This document shows, one piece after another, positions 46,062 through 55,717 of a stretch of 64,000 nt of DNA. The stretch covers positions 14,870-78,869 of the forward strand of contig NZ_PEKV01000003.1 of assembly GCF_002796975.1 (NCBI RefSeq). The letters are read 5' to 3'. The notes under the pieces were generated by a model that saw only the letters and a program-made list of their open reading frames with translations, made no database searches and was not told the DNA's origin. The stretch's first letter is position 1. Each line of letters begins with the position of its first letter. This DNA comes from Ferrovibrio sp. Lineage in GTDB: Bacteria; Pseudomonadota; Alphaproteobacteria; Ferrovibrionales; Ferrovibrionaceae. The position numbers and the translations under genes are program-made.

Positions 46062-47135
46062 ATGAACATTGCCAGCAACAGCAGCGCCCCGAACCGCCTG
46101 GTGATCCGCCAGCCCGACGACTGGCATGTGCATCTGCGCGACGGCGATGTGATGGCCGCCGTGCTGCCGCATACCGCCGCGCAGTTCGCCCGCGCCATCG
46201 TGATGCCGAACCTGAAGCCGCCGGTGACCAGGGCTGCCGACGCCGAAGCCTATCGCCAGCGCATTCTCGCCGCCCTGCCCAAGGGCGCGCGGTTCGAGCC
46301 GCTGATGACCGCCTATCTGACCGATGCCACCGATCCAGCCGATCTTGCCGATGGCTTCAAACGCAAGGTCTGGGTGGCGGCGAAACTCTATCCGGCCGGT
46401 GCCACCACCAACTCCCAGCATGGCGTCACCGACATCGCGCGGATCGCCGGCGTGCTGGCGATGATGGAAAAGATCGGCATGCCGCTGCTACTGCATGGCG
46501 AGGTGACCGACCACAGCGTCGATATCTTCGACCGCGAAACCGTATTCCTCGACCGCATTCTGGGCAGGCTGCTGAAGGACTTTCCCGGCCTGAAAGTGGT
46601 GCTGGAACATATCACCACGGCGGAAGCCGCCGATTTCGTGCGCGCGCATGCGGCGCAGCTGGGTGCGACGATCACGCCGCATCACCTGATGATCAACCGC
46701 AGTTCGATCTTCGAGGGCGGCGTGCGGCCGCATCTCTACTGCCTGCCGATCGCCAAGCGCGAGCATCATCGGCTGGCACTGCGCAAGGCGGCGACATCCG
46801 GTGACGCCTGCTTTTTCCTCGGCACCGATACGGCGCCGCATTTCGTGCATCTGAAGGAAGCCGCCTGCGGCTGCGCCGGCATCTTCAACGCGCCGACCGC
46901 GATGCAGTCCTATGCGCAGGTGTTTGCCGAGGAGAATGCACTCGACAGGCTGGAGGCCTTCGCCTCACTGAACGGCCCGCGCTTCTATGGTCTGCCGGTC
47001 AACGAGATGCGCATTGCGCTGGAGCGCCGCGGTACGGCAGTGCCCGACAGCGTGGCAGTCGGGCAGGACAGCATCCTGGTCTTTGCCACCGAGGCGGCGA
47101 AACAGTGGACGGTCGGCGAGGTCGTGCCGGCCTGA
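46062..47135 (+). CDS. pyrC: Dihydroorotase (homodimeric, class II)
   Basis: PDDWHVHLRDG, VMPNL.PPV, KLYPAGATTNS, YCLPIAKRE, FLGTDTAPH. Confidence 0.97.
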   Translation: MNIASNSSAPNRLVIRQPDDWHVHLRDGDVMAAVLPHTAAQFARAIVMPNLKPPVTRAADAEAYRQRILAALPKGARFEPLMTAYLTDATDPADLADGFKRKVWVAAKLYPAGATTNSQHGVTDIARIAGVLAMMEKIGMPLLLHGEVTDHSVDIFDRETVFLDRILGRLLKDFPGLKVVLEHITTAEAADFVRAHAAQLGATITPHHLMINRSSIFEGGVRPHLYCLPIAKREHHRLALRKAATSGDACFFLGTDTAPHFVHLKEAACGCAGIFNAPTAMQSYAQVFAEENALDRLEAFASLNGPRFYGLPVNEMRIALERRGTAVPDSVAVGQDSILVFATEAAKQWTVGEVVPA

Positions 47136-47154
47136 TCCAGCAAGTCTTAAGCGA

Positions 47155-47185
47155 TAAAAAAGCGCCGCTGTCAGCGGCGCTTTTT
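47155..47185. terminator. Bidirectional terminator between pyrC and the PilZ gene
   Basis: aaaaaagcgccgct / agcggcgcttttt dyad, overlapping the PilZ gene stop codon. Confidence 0.8.
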
Positions 47186-47770
47186 CGTTGCGGATTTCTT
47201 CGCCGCCTTCTTTTTCACAATGGCTTTCTTCTTCGCGACGACTTTCTTCTTCGCAGCAGATTTTTTCTTCGTCGCGGTTTTTTTCGCTGCTTTCTTCCGG
47301 GCCGGCGCGGCCTTCTTTTTTGCCGGCGCCGCAGCTTTCTTCTTCGCAGCCTTTTTCTTCACGGTCTTCTTTTTGGCGGGCTGTTTCGGCGCCGGCTCCA
47401 CCACATGCGGGCGGCTGGCATTCAGCATCAGCAGCGCCATGTCATCGACTTCCACCGACAGGCGACCCAGCGTGGCGCCGCCGGCATGCAGCAGGCAATG
47501 CACACCCAGATCGCTCACCGCCTTCACCGTCGCCGGCACGGCCTTGTGTTCGCCGGCCAGCTTCAGCTTGATGCGCCCGCCGAGCGGGATATCGAGACGC
47601 GGCGCAAACAGGCAGCCTTCGAGCGACAGGTTGGTCACCATGCCGTCGACGGGCATATCATTGTAAATCAGCTGGGCGACGATATGGGTATCGCGGCGGT
47701 CGAATCTGCGGCGGTTCGCGCCATCTTTATCGCTACTGGTTTTCTCGTTTTTTTCTTTAGCGGACGCCAT
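47171..47770 (-). CDS. PilZ domain protein with histone H1-like Lys/Ala-rich C-terminal tail
   Basis: RxxxR (RRFDR) and (D/N)xSxxG (NLSLEG) motifs; the last 68 aa contain 35 Lys/Arg and no acidic residue. Confidence 0.8.
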   Translation of the reverse strand: MASAKEKNEKTSSDKDGANRRRFDRRDTHIVAQLIYNDMPVDGMVTNLSLEGCLFAPRLDIPLGGRIKLKLAGEHKAVPATVKAVSDLGVHCLLHAGGATLGRLSVEVDDMALLMLNASRPHVVEPAPKQPAKKKTVKKKAAKKKAAAPAKKKAAPARKKAAKKTATKKKSAAKKKVVAKKKAIVKKKAAKKSATKKRR

Positions 47771-47939
47771 CGACACATTCCCCTGTTGAATAGCCAACAC
47801 TACTTGCTGCTCCGGATTCTGAAAAGCCCGATTAAGGTTATAGGAGTCTGACAAAGCCATGGCGGCCAAGGGTTGGTTTCTTTAAAGTGAAGCCTCGAAC
47901 CGTCATCCCCGTAATCCACCAAGAGTCGAAATCATCGCC

Positions 47940-49187
47940 ATGTCCGCGCGGATACCGCCGGAGCCCGTTCGCTGGGCCTTGTCGCGCCATAACGCCTATC
48001 TGAACAGCCGGCCGGGCGGCGTCCGCCTGCAATGCCGCGGCGACGACTTTTCCGATCTGAAGCTGGATAGCGCCACCTTCGACGATGCCATCCTGCCGGG
48101 CTGCAGCTTCGCCAGTTCCTCGCTGCAGGACGCCCGCTTCCTGCGCGCCGACCTGTTCGGCAGCGACTTCACCCGCGCCGACCTGACCGGCACCACCTTC
48201 GAACGCGCCGATCTGCGCGGCACCAATTTCCTGATGGCGGTGCTGAAAAAGACCTCCTTCCGGCAGGCCGATCTGCGCCCGGGCCAGATCGTGCAGCATG
48301 TGAAGGATGGTGACGGCAACGCGAAGGAGAAGAAGCAGGACGTGCCGGTCAATATGTCCGGCGCCAACCTGGAAGAGGCCAATCTGGGCCATGCGCATCT
48401 GGACAAGGCCAACATGTCCAACGCCAGCGCGCTGAATGCGACCTTCGTTGGCGCCTCGCTGTTTGCCGCCAATCTGACCGGCGCCGATCTGTCGGGCGCG
48501 GATTTCTCTGGCGCCAAGCTGAAGGACACCACCTTTGTCGGCGCCAATCTGGAAGGCGCCAAGCTGGCCGGCTGCGACCTGCGCGGCGCCAACCTGCGCA
48601 GCGTCGACCTCACCAGCGTCGACCTCAGCGGCGCGATGATGGCGGGCGCGATCTATCGCGGCGCCCAGCTGCCGCCCGAGATCGAGGGCAAGCTGCTGCT
48701 GCACGGCAAGTGGATCGCCTCGAACGGCCTGAGCGGCGAACGCGCCGTCTTCACCGGCATGAAGCTGCCCGGCATCGACTTCTCCAGCTGCGACCTGCGC
48801 GCCGCGGTGTTCCACGACACCAACCTGGCCGGCGCCTATTTCACCAAGAGCCAACTGCTGTTCACCAGCTTCGTCGGCTCGGATATCCGCAAGGCGAATT
48901 TCGACCAGGCCAGCCTGGGCGGCGCCAATTTCTCCGGCGCGATCCTGCTGGGCGCGGCCTTCCGCGGCGCCCAGCTGGTCGGCGTCGAAATCTTCAATGC
49001 GCTCAACCAGCGCACCGGCAAGACGATCTTTCCGCGCTTCGACAATGCCGATCTGACCGGCGTCGATCTGCGCGGCGCGGTGGTCGAAGGCGTGGATTTC
49101 GCCAGCACAACTTTCGATAAGGTGAATATCGCCGGCACCGAACTGCGCAACTGCACCGGCATGCGTTCCGGGCATCGGCATAAGTGA
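47940..49187 (+). CDS. Pentapeptide-repeat protein, paralog 1
   Basis: Long A(D/N)LxxA-type tracts; two blocks, each opened by an H..(W/Y)...G..G.R cap. Confidence 0.9.
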   Translation: MSARIPPEPVRWALSRHNAYLNSRPGGVRLQCRGDDFSDLKLDSATFDDAILPGCSFASSSLQDARFLRADLFGSDFTRADLTGTTFERADLRGTNFLMAVLKKTSFRQADLRPGQIVQHVKDGDGNAKEKKQDVPVNMSGANLEEANLGHAHLDKANMSNASALNATFVGASLFAANLTGADLSGADFSGAKLKDTTFVGANLEGAKLAGCDLRGANLRSVDLTSVDLSGAMMAGAIYRGAQLPPEIEGKLLLHGKWIASNGLSGERAVFTGMKLPGIDFSSCDLRAAVFHDTNLAGAYFTKSQLLFTSFVGSDIRKANFDQASLGGANFSGAILLGAAFRGAQLVGVEIFNALNQRTGKTIFPRFDNADLTGVDLRGAVVEGVDFASTTFDKVNIAGTELRNCTGMRSGHRHK

Positions 49188-49318
49188 TTGAAAATCAGAT
49201 GTAATATTGCATTAGTAAGAATTGGCAACAATTTCACTTAGGAGTTGCGCCACTTCTTAACAGACATTAGCGTTTTGTAACTACCCGGTTGCCGGGTTTT
49301 CGCTGATCTTCAACGCTA

Positions 49319-50536
49319 ATGGCCGATCGCAATCTACCATCGCACGAAGTGCAGGTTGTCCTGTCCCGCCACGCCGCCTTCCTGGCCGGGCGGCCGGGTG
49401 GCACGCGCCTGCAGTCGCCCGGCGTGCATTACGAGAATCTGAAACTCGACGGCGCCAAGCTCGACGATGCGATCCTGTCGCGCGCCGGCTTCGGCAACGC
49501 TTCGCTGGCCAATGCCGAATTGCGGCGCGCCGATCTGTTCTGCGCCGACTTCCAGGATGCCGACCTCACCCGCGTGGTGCTGGATCGCGCCGATCTGCGC
49601 GGCGCCAATCTGGGCCGTGCCATCCTGCGCAACGCCTCGCTCAGCCAGGTCGATCTGCGGCCCGGCCAGATCATGATCGCCGAGACCAGCGAGAGCAAAC
49701 AGGTCAATGCGAGTCTCGATGGCGCCAAGCTCGATGGCGCCGATTTCAAGAATGCCCAGCTCGACGAGGCCAATATGTCGGTCTCCTCCGCCACCGGTGC
49801 GAATTTCGGCGGCGCCAGCATGTTTGCCGTCAATCTCGCCGGCGCCGATCTCAGCGGCGCCAACCTGACCGGCACCAAGCTGAAGGATGCCAACCTGATC
49901 GGCGTCAATCTCGAAGGCGCCAAGCTGAAGGGCGTCGACCTGCGCGGTGCCAACCTGCGCAATGTTGATCTCTCCAAGGTTAATCTCGAGGGCGTGTCCC
50001 TGCAGGGTGCGATCTATCGCAAGGGCGATCAGCTGCCGCAGGCGATCGAGACCGCGCTGCAGGAACACAGCGTGTGGATCGCCACCAATGGCGCGCAGGG
50101 CAAGCGCGCCGTGCTCAGCGGGCTCAAGCTCGATGGCTGCAATTTCACCGGCTGCGACCTGCGCGGCGCGGAACTGCACGGTGCCTCGCTGGAGGGCGCC
50201 GATTTCTCGAATGCGCAGATGATGTTCGCCAGCTTCGTCGAGGCCAATCTGAACAAGGCCAATTTCGACATGGCCGATCTCAGCGGCGCGAATTTCATGC
50301 GGGCTCATCTGGCGGGCAGCCGCTGGCGCGGCGCCAAGGTGGCCGGTGTCGAACTTTACAATGTGCACAACCAGCGCACCGGCAAGGTGATCTACCCGCG
50401 GTTCGAGCAGGCTGACCTGTCCAGCGCCGACATGCGCGGCGTGGCCCTTGAAGGTATCGACTTCACCCAGGCCAAGATGGTCGGGGTCAACCTGCAGGGC
50501 TCCGACCTGCGCGAATGCCTCGGAATCAAGCGCTGA
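49319..50536 (+). CDS. Pentapeptide-repeat protein, paralog 2
   Basis: Same architecture; shared DLRPGQI and NQRTGK.IYPRF landmarks. Confidence 0.9.
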   Translation: MADRNLPSHEVQVVLSRHAAFLAGRPGGTRLQSPGVHYENLKLDGAKLDDAILSRAGFGNASLANAELRRADLFCADFQDADLTRVVLDRADLRGANLGRAILRNASLSQVDLRPGQIMIAETSESKQVNASLDGAKLDGADFKNAQLDEANMSVSSATGANFGGASMFAVNLAGADLSGANLTGTKLKDANLIGVNLEGAKLKGVDLRGANLRNVDLSKVNLEGVSLQGAIYRKGDQLPQAIETALQEHSVWIATNGAQGKRAVLSGLKLDGCNFTGCDLRGAELHGASLEGADFSNAQMMFASFVEANLNKANFDMADLSGANFMRAHLAGSRWRGAKVAGVELYNVHNQRTGKVIYPRFEQADLSSADMRGVALEGIDFTQAKMVGVNLQGSDLRECLGIKR

Positions 50537-50626
50537 GCGGGCAAATGCCCTTGAAGCGCGAATGATCTGGTGCGTTAATCCATTTCCAAGCAAAACCTGA
50601 GACCGCTTTTCCCTTGACGATCCGGC

Positions 50627-51847
50627 ATGCCTGAACTCCGTTTTCCCCCGCAGCAGCTGACTGTTGCCCTCTCCCGCCATGCCGCCTGGGCCGGCGGCCG
50701 CAGCGAAGGCGAGCGCCTGCAGCGCCGCGGCGAGGATCTGTCTTTCTTCCGCTTCGACAATGCGAAACTGAACGATGCCGTGCTGGCGCGCTGCCTGCTC
50801 AGCGGTTGCTCGCTGGTAAAGGCCGAACTGCGTCGCGCCGACCTGTTCGCGGTCGATTTCATGCATGCCGATCTGTCGGGCGCGATCCTGGACCGTGCCG
50901 ACCTGCGCGGCGCCAACATGATGAAGACCGTGCTGCGCGGCGCCTCGCTGAACCAGGCTGACCTGCGGCCGGGCCAGATCGTGGTCGAAGGCGGCGGCAC
51001 CAAGTCGCAGACCGCCAATCTCTCGGAAGCCAAACTGGATGGCGCCGATCTGCGTTCGGCCCAGCTTGATGAAGCCAATATGGCGGTGTCGTCCGCCACG
51101 GGCGCGAATTTCGCCAATGCCAGCCTGTTCGCGGTGAACCTCGCCGGCGCCGATCTCTCGGGCGCCAATCTCACCTCGGCCCGCCTGCGCGACGTCAACC
51201 TGATCGGCGCCCGTATGGAAGGCGCGCTGCTGCAGGGTGCCGATCTGCGCGGTGCCAATCTGCGCAACGTCGATCTGTCGAAAGTCAATCTGAAGGGCGT
51301 CGATCTTTCGGCCGCCACCTATCGCAAGGCCGCCAATCTGCCGACCGAGATCGAGGTGATCCTGCACGCCCACAGCCGCTGGATCGCCACCGGCGGCGCT
51401 GAAGGCGCGCGTGCCATCCTGAACGGCAAGAAGCTGCTCGGCTGCGACTTCTCCAGCTGCGACCTGCGCGGTGCCGAGCTGCATGGCTGCGACCTCAAGG
51501 GCGCCGACTTCTCGAATGCGCAGCTGCTGTTCGCCAGCTTCCTTGGTGCCGACATGCACAAGGCGAATTTCGACCAGGCCGATCTCGGCGGCGTCAACTT
51601 CACCAGCGCCAATATGGCCGAGGCGACATTCCGCGGCGCCAAGCTGGTCGGTGCGCCGCTGTTCAGCGCCAGCCAGCAGGCCACCGGCCGCACGCTCTAT
51701 CCGATCATGGTCGATACCGACCTGACCGGCGCCGATCTGCGCGGCGCGGTACTCGATCATATCGATCTCAGCAAGGCCAAACTCGGCCGTGCCAATTTCT
51801 CCGGCGCCGATCTGCGCAACTGCATCGGCATCACAGGCGCCGCCTGA
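50627..51847 (+). CDS. Pentapeptide-repeat protein, paralog 3
   Basis: Same architecture; DLRPGQI, QQATGRTLYP, DLRNCIGI end. Confidence 0.9.
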   Translation: MPELRFPPQQLTVALSRHAAWAGGRSEGERLQRRGEDLSFFRFDNAKLNDAVLARCLLSGCSLVKAELRRADLFAVDFMHADLSGAILDRADLRGANMMKTVLRGASLNQADLRPGQIVVEGGGTKSQTANLSEAKLDGADLRSAQLDEANMAVSSATGANFANASLFAVNLAGADLSGANLTSARLRDVNLIGARMEGALLQGADLRGANLRNVDLSKVNLKGVDLSAATYRKAANLPTEIEVILHAHSRWIATGGAEGARAILNGKKLLGCDFSSCDLRGAELHGCDLKGADFSNAQLLFASFLGADMHKANFDQADLGGVNFTSANMAEATFRGAKLVGAPLFSASQQATGRTLYPIMVDTDLTGADLRGAVLDHIDLSKAKLGRANFSGADLRNCIGITGAA

Positions 51848-51862
51848 CATCCTGCGATCCTG

Positions 51863-51900
51863 AAACAACAGGAACCGGCTTGCGCCGGCTCCTATTGTTT
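51863..51900. terminator. Bidirectional terminator between the pentapeptide cluster and catalase
   Basis: aaacaacaggaaccgg / ccggctcctattgttt imperfect dyad. Confidence 0.6.
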
Positions 51901-51923
51901 TGCAGCGAAGCAAAGAGGAGCGG

Positions 51924-53408
51924 TTACTCCGCTGCTGCGGCCGGCTGCAGTTTAAGACCCACCAGACCAAGGCGTTGGGCCACGCCGGCGCCATAGGCCG
52001 CATCGGCCTTGGTGAAATGCGCGATCTGGCGGCGCTGGATGAATTCCGGCACCGGCTTCATCGCACCGGCGATCGCATCCATTAGGCGAGCCTGCGCGGC
52101 GGCATCCATCAGTCGGAACAGCGCGCCGGCCTGGCCGTAATCGTCATTGCCGTCGCGATGATTGTAACGGTCGGCATCGCCGCTGATTTTCAGCGGCGGT
52201 TCGGCGGCGGAAGCCGACTGCACCGGACCGCCGAAGCTGTTCGGCTCGTAATTCGGACGTGAGGCGCCGTTGCCATCCACCCGCATCCGCCCGTCGCGCT
52301 GGTAGTTGTGATACGGGCATTTCGGCTGGTTGACCGGGATCTGCGCATGGTTGCCGCCCAGGCGATAGCGCTGCGCATCGGCATAGGCGAACAGCCGCGC
52401 CTGCAGCATCTTGTCCGGCGAGGCACCGATACCCGGCACCAGGTTGCCCGGCGCAAAGGCCGCCTGCTCGATTTCGGCGAAATAGTTGTCGGGGTTGCGG
52501 TTCAGCTCGATCACGCCGACCTCGATCAGCGGATAATCGGCATGCGGCCACACCTTGGTCAGGTCGAAAGGATTGTAGGGCGTCCTTTCTGCCTCCAGTT
52601 CCGGCATGATCTGCACCGACATGGTCCACTTCGGATAGTCGCCGCGTTCGATCGCATCGTAGAGATCGGCCTGCGCGCTTTCGCGATCCACGCCGATGAT
52701 CTGCTCCGACTCGGCCGCGGTGATGCTCTTCACGCCCTGATGGCTGTGGAAATGGAACTTGACCCAGAAGCTTTCATTCTGCGCGTTGATGAAGCTCAGC
52801 GTATGGCTGCCATAACCGTTCACATGGCGATAGCTCAGCGGCAGGCCGCGGTCGCCGAACAGATAGGTGATCTGGTGCAGGCTTTCCGGGCTTAGCGACC
52901 AGAAGTCCCACATCGCCACCGGATTGCGCAGGTTACTGCGCGGATCGCGTTTCTGCGTATGGATGAAGTCGGGGAATTTCAGCGGGTCGCGCACGAAGAA
53001 AACCGGCGTGTTGTTGCCGACCAGGTCGAAATTGCCGTCCTCGCTGTAGAACTTCAAAGCGAAGCCGCGCACGTCGCGTTCGGCATCCGCCGCGCCGCGT
53101 TCGCCGGCCACGGTGGAAAAGCGCAGCAGCAGGTCGGTCTGCGTGCCCGGTTTGAACAGCGCGGCCTTGGTGTAGCGCGTGATGTCCTGGGTCACCGTCA
53201 GCCGGCCATAGGCGCCCGAGCCCTTGGCATGCACCACGCGTTCGGGGATGCGCTCGCGGTTGAAGGCGGCCAGCTTCTCGATCAGATGCACGTCCTGCAG
53301 CAGCAGCGGCCCGCGCGCACCGGCGCTCAGCGAGTTCTGGTTGTCGACGACGGGGGCACCGCCTGCCGTGGTCAGGATGGTCGGGGCGGTCGTGGGCGTG
53401 TTGGTCAT
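51924..53408 (-). CDS. katA: Monofunctional small-subunit heme catalase
   Basis: [53 protein letters not shown]. Confidence 0.95.
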   Translation of the reverse strand: MTNTPTTAPTILTTAGGAPVVDNQNSLSAGARGPLLLQDVHLIEKLAAFNRERIPERVVHAKGSGAYGRLTVTQDITRYTKAALFKPGTQTDLLLRFSTVAGERGAADAERDVRGFALKFYSEDGNFDLVGNNTPVFFVRDPLKFPDFIHTQKRDPRSNLRNPVAMWDFWSLSPESLHQITYLFGDRGLPLSYRHVNGYGSHTLSFINAQNESFWVKFHFHSHQGVKSITAAESEQIIGVDRESAQADLYDAIERGDYPKWTMSVQIMPELEAERTPYNPFDLTKVWPHADYPLIEVGVIELNRNPDNYFAEIEQAAFAPGNLVPGIGASPDKMLQARLFAYADAQRYRLGGNHAQIPVNQPKCPYHNYQRDGRMRVDGNGASRPNYEPNSFGGPVQSASAAEPPLKISGDADRYNHRDGNDDYGQAGALFRLMDAAAQARLMDAIAGAMKPVPEFIQRRQIAHFTKADAAYGAGVAQRLGLVGLKLQPAAAAE

Positions 53409-53467
53409 GGCAGCTCTCCTCAGAATGGCCTGCAAAAAAGGCTAGCCGGATCACGTCAACAGAGGAA

Positions 53468-53504
53468 ATTGATTATTTTGTATAAAATGATCGTTTTTTC
53501 CGAT
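53468..53504. promoter_or_regulatory. Putative OxyR-type binding site upstream of catalase
   Basis: ATTG-N7-TGTA-N7-ATCG-N7-CGAT at 11-bp periodicity, versus the OxyR consensus ATAG-N7-CTAT-N7-ATAG-N7-CTAT. Confidence 0.45.
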
Positions 53505-53578
53505 CACGTGGTTCTTACGTCTGGTGCAGCGGTTTTGCGGCATAGTGGAGGCGGACTCGGCGGAAGGCGGGAGAAACC

Positions 53579-54157
53579 ATGCGCTTTGCCGAAAAAATCG
53601 ACGAGCAGGATCTGCGGCATCTGTATTTCTACTGGCTGTCGAAAAAGACCAGCCGGTTCCCGCCGCCGCGCGCGGTGGTCGAACCGGGCGAAATCCGTTT
53701 CCTGCTGCCGTCGCTGTTCATCATCGAAGTCGATCACGACGAGGAACGCTTCCGCTATCGCCTCGCCGGCGCCGATGTCGAGGCGCTGGTGCAGGCGCGG
53801 CTGCATGGCCTGTGGCTGGATGAAGCGCTGCGCTCGCCGCTGCGCGAATTCTTCGACGAGGCCTTCTGCACGGCCGCCTTCGACCGCAAGGTGCAGTATC
53901 GCCGCAACACGCTGCATCTCACCGGACGGCCGTATATCCGCTATTCGCGCATACTTCTGCCGCTGTCGAATACCGGCGAACGCATCGATCATCTGCTCGG
54001 CTGCATCAAGCTCGATGGCGAGATCGCGGCGCGCAATCCCAGCCTGGTCGAACAGCACGAGATCACGATCAGCGATGTCGCGACCTTCGAACTCGATGCC
54101 TATGAAATGCCGGAAGAGATCAGGCGCCTGAGCGGCGGCGGCCAGCCGACGCAATAA
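53579..54157 (+). CDS. Stand-alone PAS_5-type domain protein
   Basis: LY.YW, P.EIRFLLPSLFII, RFRYRLAGADV, RILLPLS...RIDHLLG. Confidence 0.85.
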   Translation: MRFAEKIDEQDLRHLYFYWLSKKTSRFPPPRAVVEPGEIRFLLPSLFIIEVDHDEERFRYRLAGADVEALVQARLHGLWLDEALRSPLREFFDEAFCTAAFDRKVQYRRNTLHLTGRPYIRYSRILLPLSNTGERIDHLLGCIKLDGEIAARNPSLVEQHEITISDVATFELDAYEMPEEIRRLSGGGQPTQ

Positions 54158-54203
54158 GCGGCGGTGGCGCAGGCAGCAGCCGGGACGGGCCCGGCCGGCA
54201 GCG

Positions 54204-54467
54204 TCACATTTCGACCTTGCCCCAGTTGATCTGGTGCAGCGGTACGTCTTTCAGTTTTTCAACGTAGGGCTTGGCGCCGATGAAGATCGGGGCAAGGCTT
54301 ACCCCCTTGGCCACCAGCACGACTTCATCCTTCTGCAGCCGCTGCTTGAAGGCCGCCATGGAGCGCTGGGCCATTTCTGGCGTGGCGACTCCGGCCTCCG
54401 AAACCATGATCAAGGTGACGACTTTGCCGTCGATCTTATAATTCACAAACGGGTACTGCTGCCCCAT
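54204..54467 (-). CDS. Small hypothetical protein (87 aa)
   Basis: GGGGAG RBS before ATG 54467; alpha/beta pattern ending VPLHQINWGKVEM. Confidence 0.6.
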   Translation of the reverse strand: MGQQYPFVNYKIDGKVVTLIMVSEAGVATPEMAQRSMAAFKQRLQKDEVVLVAKGVSLAPIFIGAKPYVEKLKDVPLHQINWGKVEM

Positions 54468-54720
54468 TGCCCCATTCTCCCCACGCCGACCCCTGCGTGT
54501 AGCGTTAACCAAACAGTATTCGATATGCTGGAAAAAAACTAACGAATTCTAACCATTAGGCGGATTACTAAGTCGGCTTGCATTGAAAACTGTGACGCTC
54601 GCCGCAGGGTGGAGAGTTTCCAGAACACGTGATCTCGCCTTTCGACAGATGCGCTCATACTTGTGTCCAATCGATCCCGACGGCACTGCGATTGCCATAT
54701 CGGGAGACTGGAGACAGGGC

Positions 54721-55080
54721 ATGACGAAAAACACCTTCGCTGTTTCGCTTCTTTCCGCCATTGCTTCGGTCGCACTGTTCGCGGCAGGGCCGGCGCAGGC
54801 CGGCAGTCGCGTGATACAGCCCGGTGCTACGGCGCAGATCGATGTCGCCGAGCGCGGCGGCTATACGACCGCCGTCATCGTCAACAGCAGTAGCGCTGCC
54901 GGCAGCCTGCAGTTGCCGGCGGGCGGTCGCAGCACGACCGTCCCGGCCAATGGCAGGACGGAACTTTACGATCGCTACGGCAACGGTCCGGTCGGCAATT
55001 CCTATATCGCCGTAACCAATACCGGCAGCGTGCCGCTGCAGGTGATCACGCGCTACGCCGTGCGCGTGCAGCTGCCCTGA
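54721..55080 (+). CDS. Exported beta-rich hypothetical protein
   Basis: Sec signal peptide ending AQA; Thr/Val/Asn-rich mature part. Confidence 0.65.
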   Translation: MTKNTFAVSLLSAIASVALFAAGPAQAGSRVIQPGATAQIDVAERGGYTTAVIVNSSSAAGSLQLPAGGRSTTVPANGRTELYDRYGNGPVGNSYIAVTNTGSVPLQVITRYAVRVQLP

Positions 55081-55090
55081 TCCGGGTCCG

Positions 55091-55669
55091 TCAGCTTCCG
55101 TCCGCAGAGCGCGGATCGGGCAGCGGCTGGAAGGTTTCAGTCTCCAGCCGCAGGTAGAGGCCGTCCCTGAAGCCGCCGCTGCGGCTGAGTTCTGTGATCG
55201 AACGCGGTCGCACCGGCATCGCGGTGGGCCAGACCTGCACGCTGAAAATCTGCGCCGGCTGGTCGGTCATGCCATGGCTCAGCGGCAGCATCAGCCGGCG
55301 CGTCATCGCAAAGCCTTCGGTATCCCAGCGGAACACGCTTTCCGAATAGATCGGCGCGCGATCCCGAAAGGCGGCGTCATAGATATGTGTCATGTAATCG
55401 CGATAGCTGCCCTGCATGATGTCGTGCAGGGTCTTGCCAGTGAAATCCATGCCGTAGCGCTCGACATGCGCAGAGCCGACCAGGCGATAGCGCCAGATAC
55501 CGGCTCCGGCCGGCTCGGTGATCAGCAGGTTGGGCCAGATCGCCGGCGGCAGATCCAGCGGGTCGATCTCGCTGCGATCGGGCATGCGGCGGCTCTGCCG
55601 TTTGCGCGTCCAGTAATCCGCGACCGCCTCCAGAGCGGGTTCGTCGGAAAAGGGCGTTGTATAGATCAT
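55091..55669 (-). CDS. Stand-alone PAS_5-type domain protein
   Basis: DYW..KR..R.MP.R.EIDPLD, RYRLVGS, G.D.TGK.L, RRLMLPLS. Confidence 0.88.
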   Translation of the reverse strand: MIYTTPFSDEPALEAVADYWTRKRQSRRMPDRSEIDPLDLPPAIWPNLLITEPAGAGIWRYRLVGSAHVERYGMDFTGKTLHDIMQGSYRDYMTHIYDAAFRDRAPIYSESVFRWDTEGFAMTRRLMLPLSHGMTDQPAQIFSVQVWPTAMPVRPRSITELSRSGGFRDGLYLRLETETFQPLPDPRSADGS

Positions 55670-55717
55670 GAGCCAAGTCTATCGCCGCAAGGACGGCTTG
55701 TCCGCAAATCCTGCGCG

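Noticed and set aside
49200-49318. Full CtrA boxes in AT-rich gaps (49257, 54539, 58177)
   Set aside because: Spacing is N6 or N10 rather than TTAA-N7-TTAA.
49334-52003. 889-aa minus-strand ORF spanning two pentapeptide genes
   Set aside because: Antisense shadow. High GC and repetitive sense codons suppress stops; the translation has no independent motifs.
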